DNA of 64,000 bases from assembly GCA_036652695.1 (NCBI GenBank), contig JAVVVJ010000002.1:4257-68256 (forward strand), read 5' to 3'. The stretch comes from Clostridia bacterium. Its GTDB lineage: Bacteria > Bacillota > Clostridia > Christensenellales > Aristaeellaceae. The notes under the pieces are model-generated. The model saw only the letters and a list, made by a program, of their open reading frames with translations. It was not told where the DNA came from and ran no database searches. Positions 1 to 9,200 of the stretch are shown here, piece after piece. Each line of letters starts with the position of its first letter. Positions within the stretch are counted from its first letter, which is position 1. The translations under genes and the position numbers were made by a program.

Positions 1-2547
1 CTTGTCATAGGCGCGGCTGCGGTGCGTGGGGCGCTTCACGTAGCCAAATTGCATCTCGTGAATGGCTTCGTTGCTGCGCGGCGTGCCGGTGAAGGATACC
101 TTCAATAGGCGGTGCAGCTCGTGCCAATCCACATTGGTGACAAAATCCAGCCGCTCGCCGATGGCGCTCAGCGTGATTTCCTGCTCCAGCACAGAGCCGT
201 CCAGCTCGCGGCGCAGTTTGAGAACAGCTTTGGCGCCTCCCGCGCACACAACGCTTAGCTCAGCCTTACGCGCAAGCTCCACGGGCTGTTCAATATAATT
301 GCTGTCGATATCCCATGCGTCAAACAGACGCGGAACATCCTTGTACATGAGCATCCGGTTCATGGGCTGCGCTACAAACTCGCGCCCAGTCTCCTTGCGC
401 ACGAAGCTCACAACCTCGCCAAGCTCGTTGAGCACGGCCTTGACAAGCTCGTTTTCAAGCACAGCGCCAGTTGCGGTAAGGGTGGCAACCGCGCGGGGGG
501 CTTCAAGCGCCGCCTCGCCGGGCAGCAACGCAACAACGCCCATAGGCGGAAGCTCCACAATGGCCACGCCGTCAAGCACAGGCACGGTTTCACCCTCCAG
601 GGTTTTTGCGCCGGAGCCAAAGCTTGCTGGTAACTTCACCAAAGCCTTGCGCGGGAAGGAAAGGGAGTTAAAAACCGTCAAGCCATCGCCGCTGACAAGC
701 TGCTCGCGCGCTGCCTGCGCAATTTCAACGGCCTCTGCCTGCAACTTGGCATGCGCCTGATTGGCCTCCACGTAGACGCGGGCGATGGAGGAGCCGGGCA
801 GAATATCGTGGAACTGGTGCAAAAGCAACACCTTCCACAGCCTGTCCATCTCCGCGAGCGGATAGGCATGGCCGCGCTTTTCTGCCAGCGCACCCCATAG
901 CTCCGCCTCACGCAAAGCAAGCTCGCTCAAGCGGTTGTTCTTCTTCACCTTTGCCTGCGAGGTATAGGTGCCGCGGTGGGCAGAGAAATACAGCTCGCCG
1001 TCCCATGTGTTTTTGGGCGCGCCTTCCTTCTCCATCTCCTCAAAGAACTGCTGCGGACCCATCATTTCCAGCTTGGGCATACCCTCCAAATCGCGCTCGC
1101 GCAGGGCATACTCTACATGATCGCGCGTGGGGCCGCCGCCGCCATCGCCATAGCCAAACGGCACAAAGAACGCATCCAAATCGCGCGTCTGCACGCGGTT
1201 CTTCCAAACGCCATACAGCTCCTCGGGCTTGGTATCGTAGGTATAGCTGGTGGGCAGGAAGGAGGTCACAGCGCTGCCGTCCATACCCTTCCACGTAAAG
1301 TAATGGTAGGGGAACTGATCGCCCTCGTTATAGCTCCAGAAAATTTTCTGCGTTACGAGGTAATTGACGCCGCACCCGCGCAAAATCTGCGGCAAAGCGG
1401 CGGTATAGCCGAAGGTATCGGGCAGCCAAAGCACCTTGCTGTCCACGCCTAGCTCGTCGCGGTAAAAACGCTTGCCATGCACAAGCTGACGGATCAGCGC
1501 CTCACCGCTTGCCATGTTGGTATCCGGCTCCACATACATCGCGCCATCGGCGATCCACTGTCCGCGCTTGATGGCGGCGCGAATGCGCTCGTACAGCTCC
1601 GGATAGTGCTCGCGGCACATCTCATAGGAGGCGGGTTGGCTCTGGATGAACTTGTATTCGGGATAGCGCTCCAACAGCCGGAGCTGCTGTGCAAAGGTGC
1701 GTGCGGTCTTGCGGTGGGTTTCCGCCATGGGCCACAGCCACGCAAGGTCAAGGTGCGCGTTGCCAACGGCGCAAAAGCGCGGCGCGGTGCTGCCATTGCT
1801 GGCGTGCATAAGCGGGTGGAGCAGCTCGCGCGCGGCGCGGTAATCCGCATCGCGCCCCGCCGCGTCCTGTTCAAAGTCCACGGTGCGGGTATAGGCCTCC
1901 AGCCCCTCGGCGATCTTTGCCGCGCGCAAGGAGGTTGCGTCCATACAATGCATGAGCTGATCCAGCGTTTCCACATCCATCATCAGCTGATAGGCGTCCT
2001 CGCACCACTCGCCCACGCTGGAATGGCCGACGGTCGCGCGCTTGCCCTCCTCCAGCGGATCAGCAAAGCTGCCGGGAAGCACCGGACCCGTAGCACAGCC
2101 GCCCACATCCGGAAAGAAATGCCCGGCATAGACTTCGAACAGCAAATGGAAGCGCTCGCCGCCTTCCGCTTGCTCCGCAAGGATGTTATCCACCATGTAA
2201 TGATGCGGCGTCTTGACCCATTCCGCGCGCCGCGTGCCAAACGTTAGGCCGTTCACAAACAGCGTTGCCTCGCCGGACAGGTTCAGATCCATCACGATCT
2301 TCTTGCCGCGCGCCTCTTGGGGCAGTGTGACATCCGCGCGCAGCCACATATATTCCCAGGTATGCCCCCAAGCATATCCCTCTGGGATGGGCGAAAAATT
2401 GCCCTTGGCAGCCTCGCCGGGCGTAAGGTGCTCCATGGTGGTAAATCCTTCAAAGGAAATCGTTTGTAGCGGACGATACAGATCCTGCTTGAGCGTGCGC
2501 GTCCAATGCTGGATGCGCGCTGTGTATTCGGAGTGCATAAGTGCCAT
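1..2547 (-). CDS. Alpha-mannosidase, glycoside hydrolase family 38 (N-terminal 849 codons; C-terminus lies beyond the left edge)
   Basis: ATG at 2547 sits 8 nt after GGAGG. The frame stays open to position 1, which is why it is absent from the complete-ORF track. My translation contains the GH38 signatures ...VLWLPDTFGY... (about 1411-1440) and ...LLLHQFHDILPGSSI... (about 781-840). Confidence 0.85.
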   Translation of the reverse strand, partial: MALMHSEYTARIQHWTRTLKQDLYRPLQTISFEGFTTMEHLTPGEAAKGNFSPIPEGYAWGHTWEYMWLRADVTLPQEARGKKIVMDLNLSGEATLFVNGLTFGTRRAEWVKTPHHYMVDNILAEQAEGGERFHLLFEVYAGHFFPDVGGCATGPVLPGSFADPLEEGKRATVGHSSVGEWCEDAYQLMMDVETLDQLMHCMDATSLRAAKIAEGLEAYTRTVDFEQDAAGRDADYRAARELLHPLMHASNGSTAPRFCAVGNAHLDLAWLWPMAETHRKTARTFAQQLRLLERYPEYKFIQSQPASYEMCREHYPELYERIRAAIKRGQWIADGAMYVEPDTNMASGEALIRQLVHGKRFYRDELGVDSKVLWLPDTFGYTAALPQILRGCGVNYLVTQKIFWSYNEGDQFPYHYFTWKGMDGSAVTSFLPTSYTYDTKPEELYGVWKNRVQTRDLDAFFVPFGYGDGGGGPTRDHVEYALRERDLEGMPKLEMMGPQQFFEEMEKEGAPKNTWDGELYFSAHRGTYTSQAKVKKNNRLSELALREAELWGALAEKRGHAYPLAEMDRLWKVLLLHQFHDILPGSSIARVYVEANQAHAKLQAEAVEIAQAAREQLVSGDGLTVFNSLSFPRKALVKLPASFGSGAKTLEGETVPVLDGVAIVELPPMGVVALLPGEAALEAPRAVATLTATGAVLENELVKAVLNELGEVVSFVRKETGREFVAQPMNRMLMYKDVPRLFDAWDIDSNYIEQPVELARKAELSVVCAGGAKAVLKLRRELDGSVLEQEITLSAIGERLDFVTNVDWHELHRLLKVSFTGTPRSNEAIHEMQFGYVKRPTHRSRAYDK

Positions 2548-2840
2548 CAATAGATTCCTCCTTATTGTTGCGATCCTTTGTCTATCATAACAAAACAGCG
2601 CATGAACAGCAAGAGCTTTTGATTATTTCTTGTGAATGAACATACAGTGACCGTGCATTCGTAGATTCCGTAATTTTCAGCCTCCTACAGCCCATCAAAT
2701 TCCTTATTTGATAGTGCGGTATGAGAAGGTACACAATCGTAAATTTGTAATTTTTACAAAAAATAGCCTGTCCTAATGCTTTGGAAAATGGTTTGGGTGG
2801 GCAAACGTTAAAAACCCGCGCTTTTTCGGGCGCAAAACGA

Positions 2841-2869
2841 TTGAACTATGTGCAGAGTGATGCTATAAT
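2841..2869 (+). promoter_or_regulatory. Sigma-A type promoter for the FMN-binding protein gene
   Basis: TTGAAC (2841-2846), a 17-nt spacer, then TATAAT (2864-2869), about 75 nt upstream of the start at 2946. Confidence 0.5.
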
Positions 2870-2945
2870 AAATACGTAGCATAAGGTGATTTCAGAAAAT
2901 AAACGAACAGGAATCATCCCCATTATGATGATGAGGTGAAGGACC

Positions 2946-4529
2946 TTGAAGAAGAAACAAGACTGGCTTATCCTGTGCGTCATCGCGCTGGTGGCTGCGT
3001 TGCTGCTGGCCGTAACCAACGTAGTTACAAAGGATCAAATTGCGATTCAGGCCGCAGCAGCATTGGATTCTGCCCGCAGTGAAGCGCTGCCGCAAGCGGC
3101 TCGGTTTGAAAAGGCGGTCAGCGATAAGTATGGCGTCAGTGACAGCCAGTATGTGCGCTATGAAGGCTATGCCGCAGATGGCACGATGGTTGGCTATGTG
3201 GCGGAGCTTACGGTGAACGGCTTTGCCGGCCCCATCGAGATCGTGTGCGGCATTGATCTACAGGGTACGATCACGGGTCTATCCGTTGGTGGAAGCAACT
3301 TTTCTGAAACCGCCGGCTTGGGTACGAAGGTGCGGGATGAGGAGTTCACCAGCCGTTTTGTGAATTTGACCTCTACACCGAAAGCTGGGGACAATGTTGA
3401 TACCATTGCTGGCGCAACCATTTCCTCCAGCGCGGTCATATCAGGCGTGAGCAAATGCTATGATTATATGCGTTCCTATATGGAGGGCTATGTTCCTGAG
3501 GCTGCGGAGGTTCTGACTGCTGAGCATCAGGAAACGGTGACTGTGCATGGCTTTGCCAGTGATTTTGATGTGACGGTTGGCATTATGCCGGATCAAACCA
3601 TTGAAGGCGTTCTCATCGGCGGCGATAGCTTTGCCGAATCAGCCGGAATTGGTGAAAAGGTGCTCGAAAAGGAGTTCCGCGACCAGTTTAAAGGCAAGAG
3701 CGGCATGCTTGCTTATGGCGAGAATGGTCTGGATGCAATCTCTGGCGCGACCATCACCAGCGAGGCTGTACTCAAGGGCATCAACCTCGCGCTGAACGGC
3801 GATTCCGCCGCCGCCGCTCCGGCAGCACCCGCATTTGTGGAGGAAACCCTCACGCCGTCCGCTGATAACAATCAGGCGGTGCTCTCACGCAAGGTGACGG
3901 TGCGCGGCTTTGCGGACGAGATCGACGTAACGGTTGGCATCGACGCAGAGGGCAAGATCGCCACGCTTTCCGTGGGCGGCCCCAAATTTAAAGAAACCGA
4001 GTATTTTGGCGATAAGGCGCGGGATAACGCCTTCCGCAACCAATTCATTGGCAAGGCCGGGACGATTGTCTATGGCGAAAACGGCGTGGACGCGATTTCT
4101 GGCGCGACCATCACCAGCACCGCCGTGCTGCAAGCCGTGAACACCGCGCTGAGCGGCGAGGCTGGCGGCGATTCTGCCGCCGCTCCGGCAGCACCCGCAT
4201 TTGTGGAGGAAACCCTCACGCCGTCCGCTGATAACAATCAGGCGGTGCTCTCACGCAAGGTGACGGTGCGCGGCTTTGCGGACGAGATCGACGTAACGGT
4301 TGGCATCGACGCAGAGGGCAAGATCGCCACGCTTTCCGTGGGCGGCCCCAAATTTAAAGAAACCGAGTATTTTGGCGATAAGGCGCGGGATAACGCCTTC
4401 CGCAACCAATTCATTGGCAAGGCCGGGACGATTGTCTATGGCGAAAACGGCGTGGACGCGATTTCTGGCGCGACCATCACAAGCACCGCCGTGCTAGAAG
4501 CTGTAAACACCGCGCTCAAGGGTCAATAA
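2946..4529 (+). CDS. Membrane-anchored extracytoplasmic protein with four FMN-binding (FMN_bind / RnfG-NqrC-like) domains
   Basis: TTG start after GAGGTGAAGGA. The N-terminal TM anchor (WLILCVIALVAALLLAV) resembles RnfG. There are four copies of the flavinylation-type motif D-x-[IA]-[AS]-G-A-T-I-[ST]-S: DTIAGATISS once and DAISGATITS three times. Confidence 0.85.
   Translation: MKKKQDWLILCVIALVAALLLAVTNVVTKDQIAIQAAAALDSARSEALPQAARFEKAVSDKYGVSDSQYVRYEGYAADGTMVGYVAELTVNGFAGPIEIVCGIDLQGTITGLSVGGSNFSETAGLGTKVRDEEFTSRFVNLTSTPKAGDNVDTIAGATISSSAVISGVSKCYDYMRSYMEGYVPEAAEVLTAEHQETVTVHGFASDFDVTVGIMPDQTIEGVLIGGDSFAESAGIGEKVLEKEFRDQFKGKSGMLAYGENGLDAISGATITSEAVLKGINLALNGDSAAAAPAAPAFVEETLTPSADNNQAVLSRKVTVRGFADEIDVTVGIDAEGKIATLSVGGPKFKETEYFGDKARDNAFRNQFIGKAGTIVYGENGVDAISGATITSTAVLQAVNTALSGEAGGDSAAAPAAPAFVEETLTPSADNNQAVLSRKVTVRGFADEIDVTVGIDAEGKIATLSVGGPKFKETEYFGDKARDNAFRNQFIGKAGTIVYGENGVDAISGATITSTAVLEAVNTALKGQ
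3810..4516. repeat. Direct tandem duplication, period 366 bp (122 codons), inside the FMN-binding protein gene
   Basis: By eye, 3810-4114 is identical to 4176-4480. The first mismatch is C4115 versus A4481. The ORF track shows identical antisense ORFs at 3872-4054 and 4238-4420. The encoded block AAPAAPAFVEETLTPSADNNQAVLSRKVTVRGFADEID...GATITSTAVL occurs twice. Confidence 0.95.
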
Positions 4530-4549
4530 GCCATCGCAACAGTCATTGC

Positions 4550-4596
4550 AAACAGTTGGAAATGAGCCAGTCGGCTTGTTTTCAACTGTTTTTTGT
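4550..4596 (+). terminator. Rho-independent terminator after the FMN-binding protein gene
   Basis: AAACAGTTGGAAA (4550-4562) pairs with TTTTCAACTGTTT (4579-4591) with one G-U. An inner AGCC/GGCT pairing is present, and a T-run follows. Confidence 0.7.
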
Positions 4597-4741
4597 TGAG
4601 GAATTGAAATGGCTTTTACTGCGCAATATTTTCTTTTGTACCCGCAATGCACTGCGTACCAAGCATTTGCGAACGTAACAATGCGCAATTCCCCTTGCGC
4701 TTTTTCTTAAAGAATGTTTTAATAGGAAGGTCAATCCAGCG

Positions 4742-5665
4742 GTGAATGGTTCCCAGCCAGAGTTGGAAGGGGTTTTTTGTTTGGAAATCCAATGGTATCC
4801 TGGTCATATGGCAAAGGCGAAGCGGCTTTTGGCAGCGCAGCTTGGCAAGGTGGATCTCGTAGTGGAGCTTTGCGATGCACGCCTGCCGCTTTCCAGCCGC
4901 AATCCGGCGCTGAACGAGCTGATCAGCCATAAACGCCGCGTGCTGCTGCTCTGCAAGGCGGACTTGGCCGAGCCCGCAAAGACGCAGCAATGGTTGCGCT
5001 ATTTTCAGGCGCAGGGTATAGACGCGATGGCGTATGATGCTGGTTCGCAAAAGACTGCGCAGGCAAAGGTTCTCATCGAAAATGCCGCAAAGGCGGTTAT
5101 TGAGCGCGGCGAGCGGCGCGGCATTCAAAAAACCATCCGTGCGATGGTGGTTGGCGTGCCAAACGTTGGAAAAAGTACCTTTATCAACCGTCTTTATGGC
5201 GGCGGCGTTACCAAAACCGGCGATCGGCCGGGCGTAACCCGCAGCAATCAGTGGGTGAAGGTATCGCCTTATTTGGAGGTAATGGACACTCCCGGCATGC
5301 TCTGGCCAAAGCTCAACGATCAGCGAGCGGCCACCCGCCTTGCCTACATCGGCACCATCAAGGACGCGGTATATGATCAGGAGGCGCTTTGCGCGCACCT
5401 TTTGCGCGATCTGCTGGCTGTGATGCCGCAACGAACCATTGAGCGCTACAAGATCAAAAACCCAGATGTGGAAGGCTATGCGCTGCTTGACGAGGTCTGC
5501 AAAGGGCGCGGTTTTTTGATGCGCGGCGGCGTCAGCGATAGTGAACGCGCCTGCGCTGTGGTTTTGGATGAATTTCGCGAGGGCAAGGTGGGGAAGATCA
5601 CCTTGGAGAGCGCGCCGCTTCTGCCCCCAGCCAACCCGCCAAGGGAGGCGGACGAAAATGCCTAA
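4742..5665 (+). CDS. rbgA: Ribosome biogenesis GTPase A (YlqF/RbgA)
   Basis: IQWYPGHMAKAKR is an N-terminal signature. A circularly permuted GTPase is indicated by LLLCKADL ... VVGVPNVGKSTFINRL ... MDTPGMLWP. The true start may be TTG at 4781 (LEIQWYPGHM) after GGAAGGGG. Confidence 0.85.
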   Translation: MNGSQPELEGVFCLEIQWYPGHMAKAKRLLAAQLGKVDLVVELCDARLPLSSRNPALNELISHKRRVLLLCKADLAEPAKTQQWLRYFQAQGIDAMAYDAGSQKTAQAKVLIENAAKAVIERGERRGIQKTIRAMVVGVPNVGKSTFINRLYGGGVTKTGDRPGVTRSNQWVKVSPYLEVMDTPGMLWPKLNDQRAATRLAYIGTIKDAVYDQEALCAHLLRDLLAVMPQRTIERYKIKNPDVEGYALLDEVCKGRGFLMRGGVSDSERACAVVLDEFREGKVGKITLESAPLLPPANPPREADENA

Positions 5666-6299
5666 GCCATCCCAAAAGCGTATGGCGCATTTTCAGGAGC
5701 TTGTTGCCTATGACAGCGCGCAGCTAGGCTTTGGCGCGTCTTTGGCGGGCATGGACGAGGTCGGCAGAGGGCCGTTGGTGGGAAACGTGGTTACGGCTTG
5801 CGTGATCATGCCCGCTGAACCGCTCTTCCCGTGGATTGATGATAGCAAGAAGCTAAGCCCCGCACGGCGGGAGGAGCTGTTTGCGCAGATTCAGGAATCG
5901 GCGCTATTCATTGGCATTGGTGAGGCAAGCGCGGCAGAGATCGATCAGATGAATATCTTAAACGCTACCAAGCTTGCCATGGAACGCGCTGCGGAGCACG
6001 CCCCTGCTACGCTGTGCATTGTGGACGCTGTGCGCGGGCTTCACCTGCCGTTTCCCGTGCTGCCCATTATCGGCGGCGATGGTAGAAGCTACAACGTGGC
6101 GGCCGCAAGCATCGTTGCAAAGGTGGCGCGCGATCGGCAGATGCGAGCCTATGCGCAGCGCTACCCGCAGTACGGCTTTGAGCATAACATGGGCTATGGC
6201 ACTGCGCAGCACATCGCTGCCCTCCGGGAATATGGCGCAACGCCGGAGCACCGCAGGAGCTTTATTGGGAAATTCATTTCGGAAGGAGTGGGTAAATGA
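5658..6299 (+). CDS. rnhB: Ribonuclease HII
   Basis: ATG at 5658 follows GGGAGG and overlaps the rbgA stop. Motifs: GMDEVGRGPLVGNVV, DDSKKL and HNMGYGTAQH. Confidence 0.9.
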   Translation: MPKPSQKRMAHFQELVAYDSAQLGFGASLAGMDEVGRGPLVGNVVTACVIMPAEPLFPWIDDSKKLSPARREELFAQIQESALFIGIGEASAAEIDQMNILNATKLAMERAAEHAPATLCIVDAVRGLHLPFPVLPIIGGDGRSYNVAAASIVAKVARDRQMRAYAQRYPQYGFEHNMGYGTAQHIAALREYGATPEHRRSFIGKFISEGVGK

Positions 6300-9200
6300 A
6301 GCGGGTTTGTGCATTTCTGATATGCATGCTCTGCCTGTTGCTTCCGCTTTTTTCGCTGGCGGAAGGGGCGCAGAATCTCCTGCCAAACGGCGGCTTTGAA
6401 CAGCTGGATTCCGCAGGAGATCCAGATGGCTGGTACATTACCGCATATCGTACGCAGCAAGGCTATTCTCGCCTGTTTGTAACGTCGGAGCGGGCGCATA
6501 GCGGTATCCGAAGCGCGGTGATTGAGAACGCGAGCGCCAATGACGCACGCTATACCTGCACTGTGCGCGTGGAGCCTGAAACGCTTTACCGTCTGTCCGG
6601 CTATGTCTTTGTGGAGCGGATGGAGGAGGAGGGCAATGGCGCCAACCTTGCCATCGAGGGGCTTTATGCCTTTTCTGATTGCTTTTATCAAACAAGCGGC
6701 GGCTGGGAGTATATGGAGTGGTATGGCGAAACAGGCGAAAACCAGACGGAGCTCACGCTTGGCGTCCGCATCGGCGGTTATGGCGCGGAGAGCGTTGGCA
6801 AGGCCTATTTTGACGATATTCAGTTAGAAAAGGTCGACGCACTGCCAACTGGTGTTAGCGCTTCCATTTGGTACAACATGCAGCCACCCGCCGCGGCAAA
6901 GCCGGAGACTGACGCCGTGCCCGCAAAGAGCACGCTTTTGTTTGTGCTGCTGGGTTTTGCGTTTTTGCTGTTGTACCTGCTGTCCAAGCCGCTTTTGCGC
7001 CAAAAGAAGGAACGGTACGCCTCCCTTGCCTTTGGCGCGCTGATGCTGCTTGCGTTGATTGCCCGCGTGCTGCTGGCGCGTAGCGTTCCCGGCTATCAGG
7101 TGGATATCAACTGCTTTTCCGCGTGGAGCCTGCGCATGGCCGAAAATGGTCCGGCGGGCTTTTATAGCCCCGATTATTTTTGCGATTATCCGCCCGGGTA
7201 CATGCTGCTTTTGTGGCCCTGCGGTTTTTTGTTGAAGGCCGTTGGCTATGGCACGCCAGCGGGATTGTTGGTGGTCAAGCTTGTACCCATCGTGTGCGAT
7301 ATGCTTGGCGCAATCGCGCTGTATGCTTATGCGGTCAAGCGCGTCGGACGCACGCCAGCGGCCTTTGTGGCCTGCCTGTATGCGCTTAACCCCGCAGTGC
7401 TCGTAAACGGCGCTGCGTGGGGGCAGGTGGACAGCCTGCTTGCGCTGCTCATGCTTTGTACCGCGATACAGGCCATGGAGCGTAAATGGCAGTTTGCTCT
7501 GCCGCTATTTGTTGTGTCTGCGCTGATGAAGCCGCAAGCGCTGCTTTTTGCGCCCATTGGCGGCATCTGGCTGATTCTGTGCCTTGTGCGGGAGCGTGAA
7601 TCAATGGCCGCGCAGCTAAAGCGCATCGCCATCGGCCTTGGCTTTAGCGTGCTGTGCGCGCTGTGCATCGTTGTTCCCTTCTCCATCGGGCAGGAAAAGC
7701 CAGTGGGCTGGCTTGTTGAGCTGTATGGCAAAACGCTTTCTTCCTATGCGCATGCCACGCTCAACACCGCAAATCTCTACTATTTGGCTGGCGCGAACTG
7801 GGCAGATCTGAACGCCGTGGCTCCGTGGCTGCTGCCAGCACTAACGGCGCTTGCGTCCTGCGCCTTTGGCATAGGGCTATTGTGGCGGGAAAAAAAACAA
7901 ACGAACGCCCTTTCACTACGCAAAAAGCGGACGCTGCTTGCGCTGTGCTCTTTTGCGCTGGCTGTGGCGCAGGCGCTCGTGTGGATATTTGCGGGGAATT
8001 ATGCGGCTTATGGCTATGCCATGATGGTTTACTGCTTTGCTTATGCCATCGTGTGCATGTGCGTTGATCCCAAACCGGAGGGATTGCCGTTTTATATGGC
8101 GCTTGCGCTCATCGGCATTTATCTGCTGGGCGTAAAGGTGCATGAACGCTATCTGTTTCCGGCGCTTGCGCTGCTGCTTTTGAGCTATATCACCACCAAG
8201 GATCGGCGTGCGCTGCATCTTTGTGTTGGGTTTTCCATCACCACGTTCCTCAACACGGCCATTGTGCTGGATAATTCCATTTTGTTTGGCGCTGCTCAGG
8301 GGCATCTGAACCCCGATACGCTGGCGCTGAACGTTGTGCTATGCGTGGTGAACCTACTGCTTTGCGGATATGCGGGCTATATTGCCTTGAGCGGCCTGCG
8401 GGAAACCGTTGAAGCACCCACGCCTGAGGTCGCGGAGGAAGAAACGCAAACAACTCCGCCCGCCTACAAGCAAATGCTACTGGAGCCGATGGACGCACGC
8501 CTGCACCTCACGCTTCGCGATTGGCTCGTTATGGGCGTCACTACGGTGCTCTACGGCGTGCTCGCCTTTAGCAATCTCGGCAGCACCGTTGCGCCGCAGG
8601 ACGGCTGGATATCCACCTCGCCTGATGAGCAAATTATCTTTGAGCTTCCGCAGTCGCAGAGCTTCAAAGTTTTGTATTATGCGGGCGTCAGCTACAACGG
8701 TTTTTCGATTGCCGTAAGCGAGGATGGGCAGAGCTGGTCCAACGATTTTTACTGTGAAATGCGGGAAGGGCTTTGCTACCGTTGGAACTATGCGTGCCAG
8801 TCCGAAATTGTTGAGGAGCAGCCGGACTTTGCCAAAAAATTGCCGGATGACGTACGAAGGTTTCATGACCAATACGTGCGTTTGAACACCTCCACAGATG
8901 GCGTTCTTTGGCTCAAGGGCAAATATCTGCGCCTGAACGCCGATGAGGCGGGGCTGAACCTGTTTGAAATCGCCCTGCGGGACGCTAACGATGAGCTCAT
9001 CCCCTTAACGGTGGTTAAGCATACGGGCGCGAATGAGAGTCTGCTTGCGGATGCGAAGCCCGCCCAGAATCTGCTGAACGAGCAGAACACCTGCGTGGGG
9101 GAGCCGGGCTGGTTTACGGGCACCTATTTTGACGAAATCTACCATGCCCGCACCGCATACGAGCACCTGCATGGTCAAGCTCCCTACGAAACCACCCATC

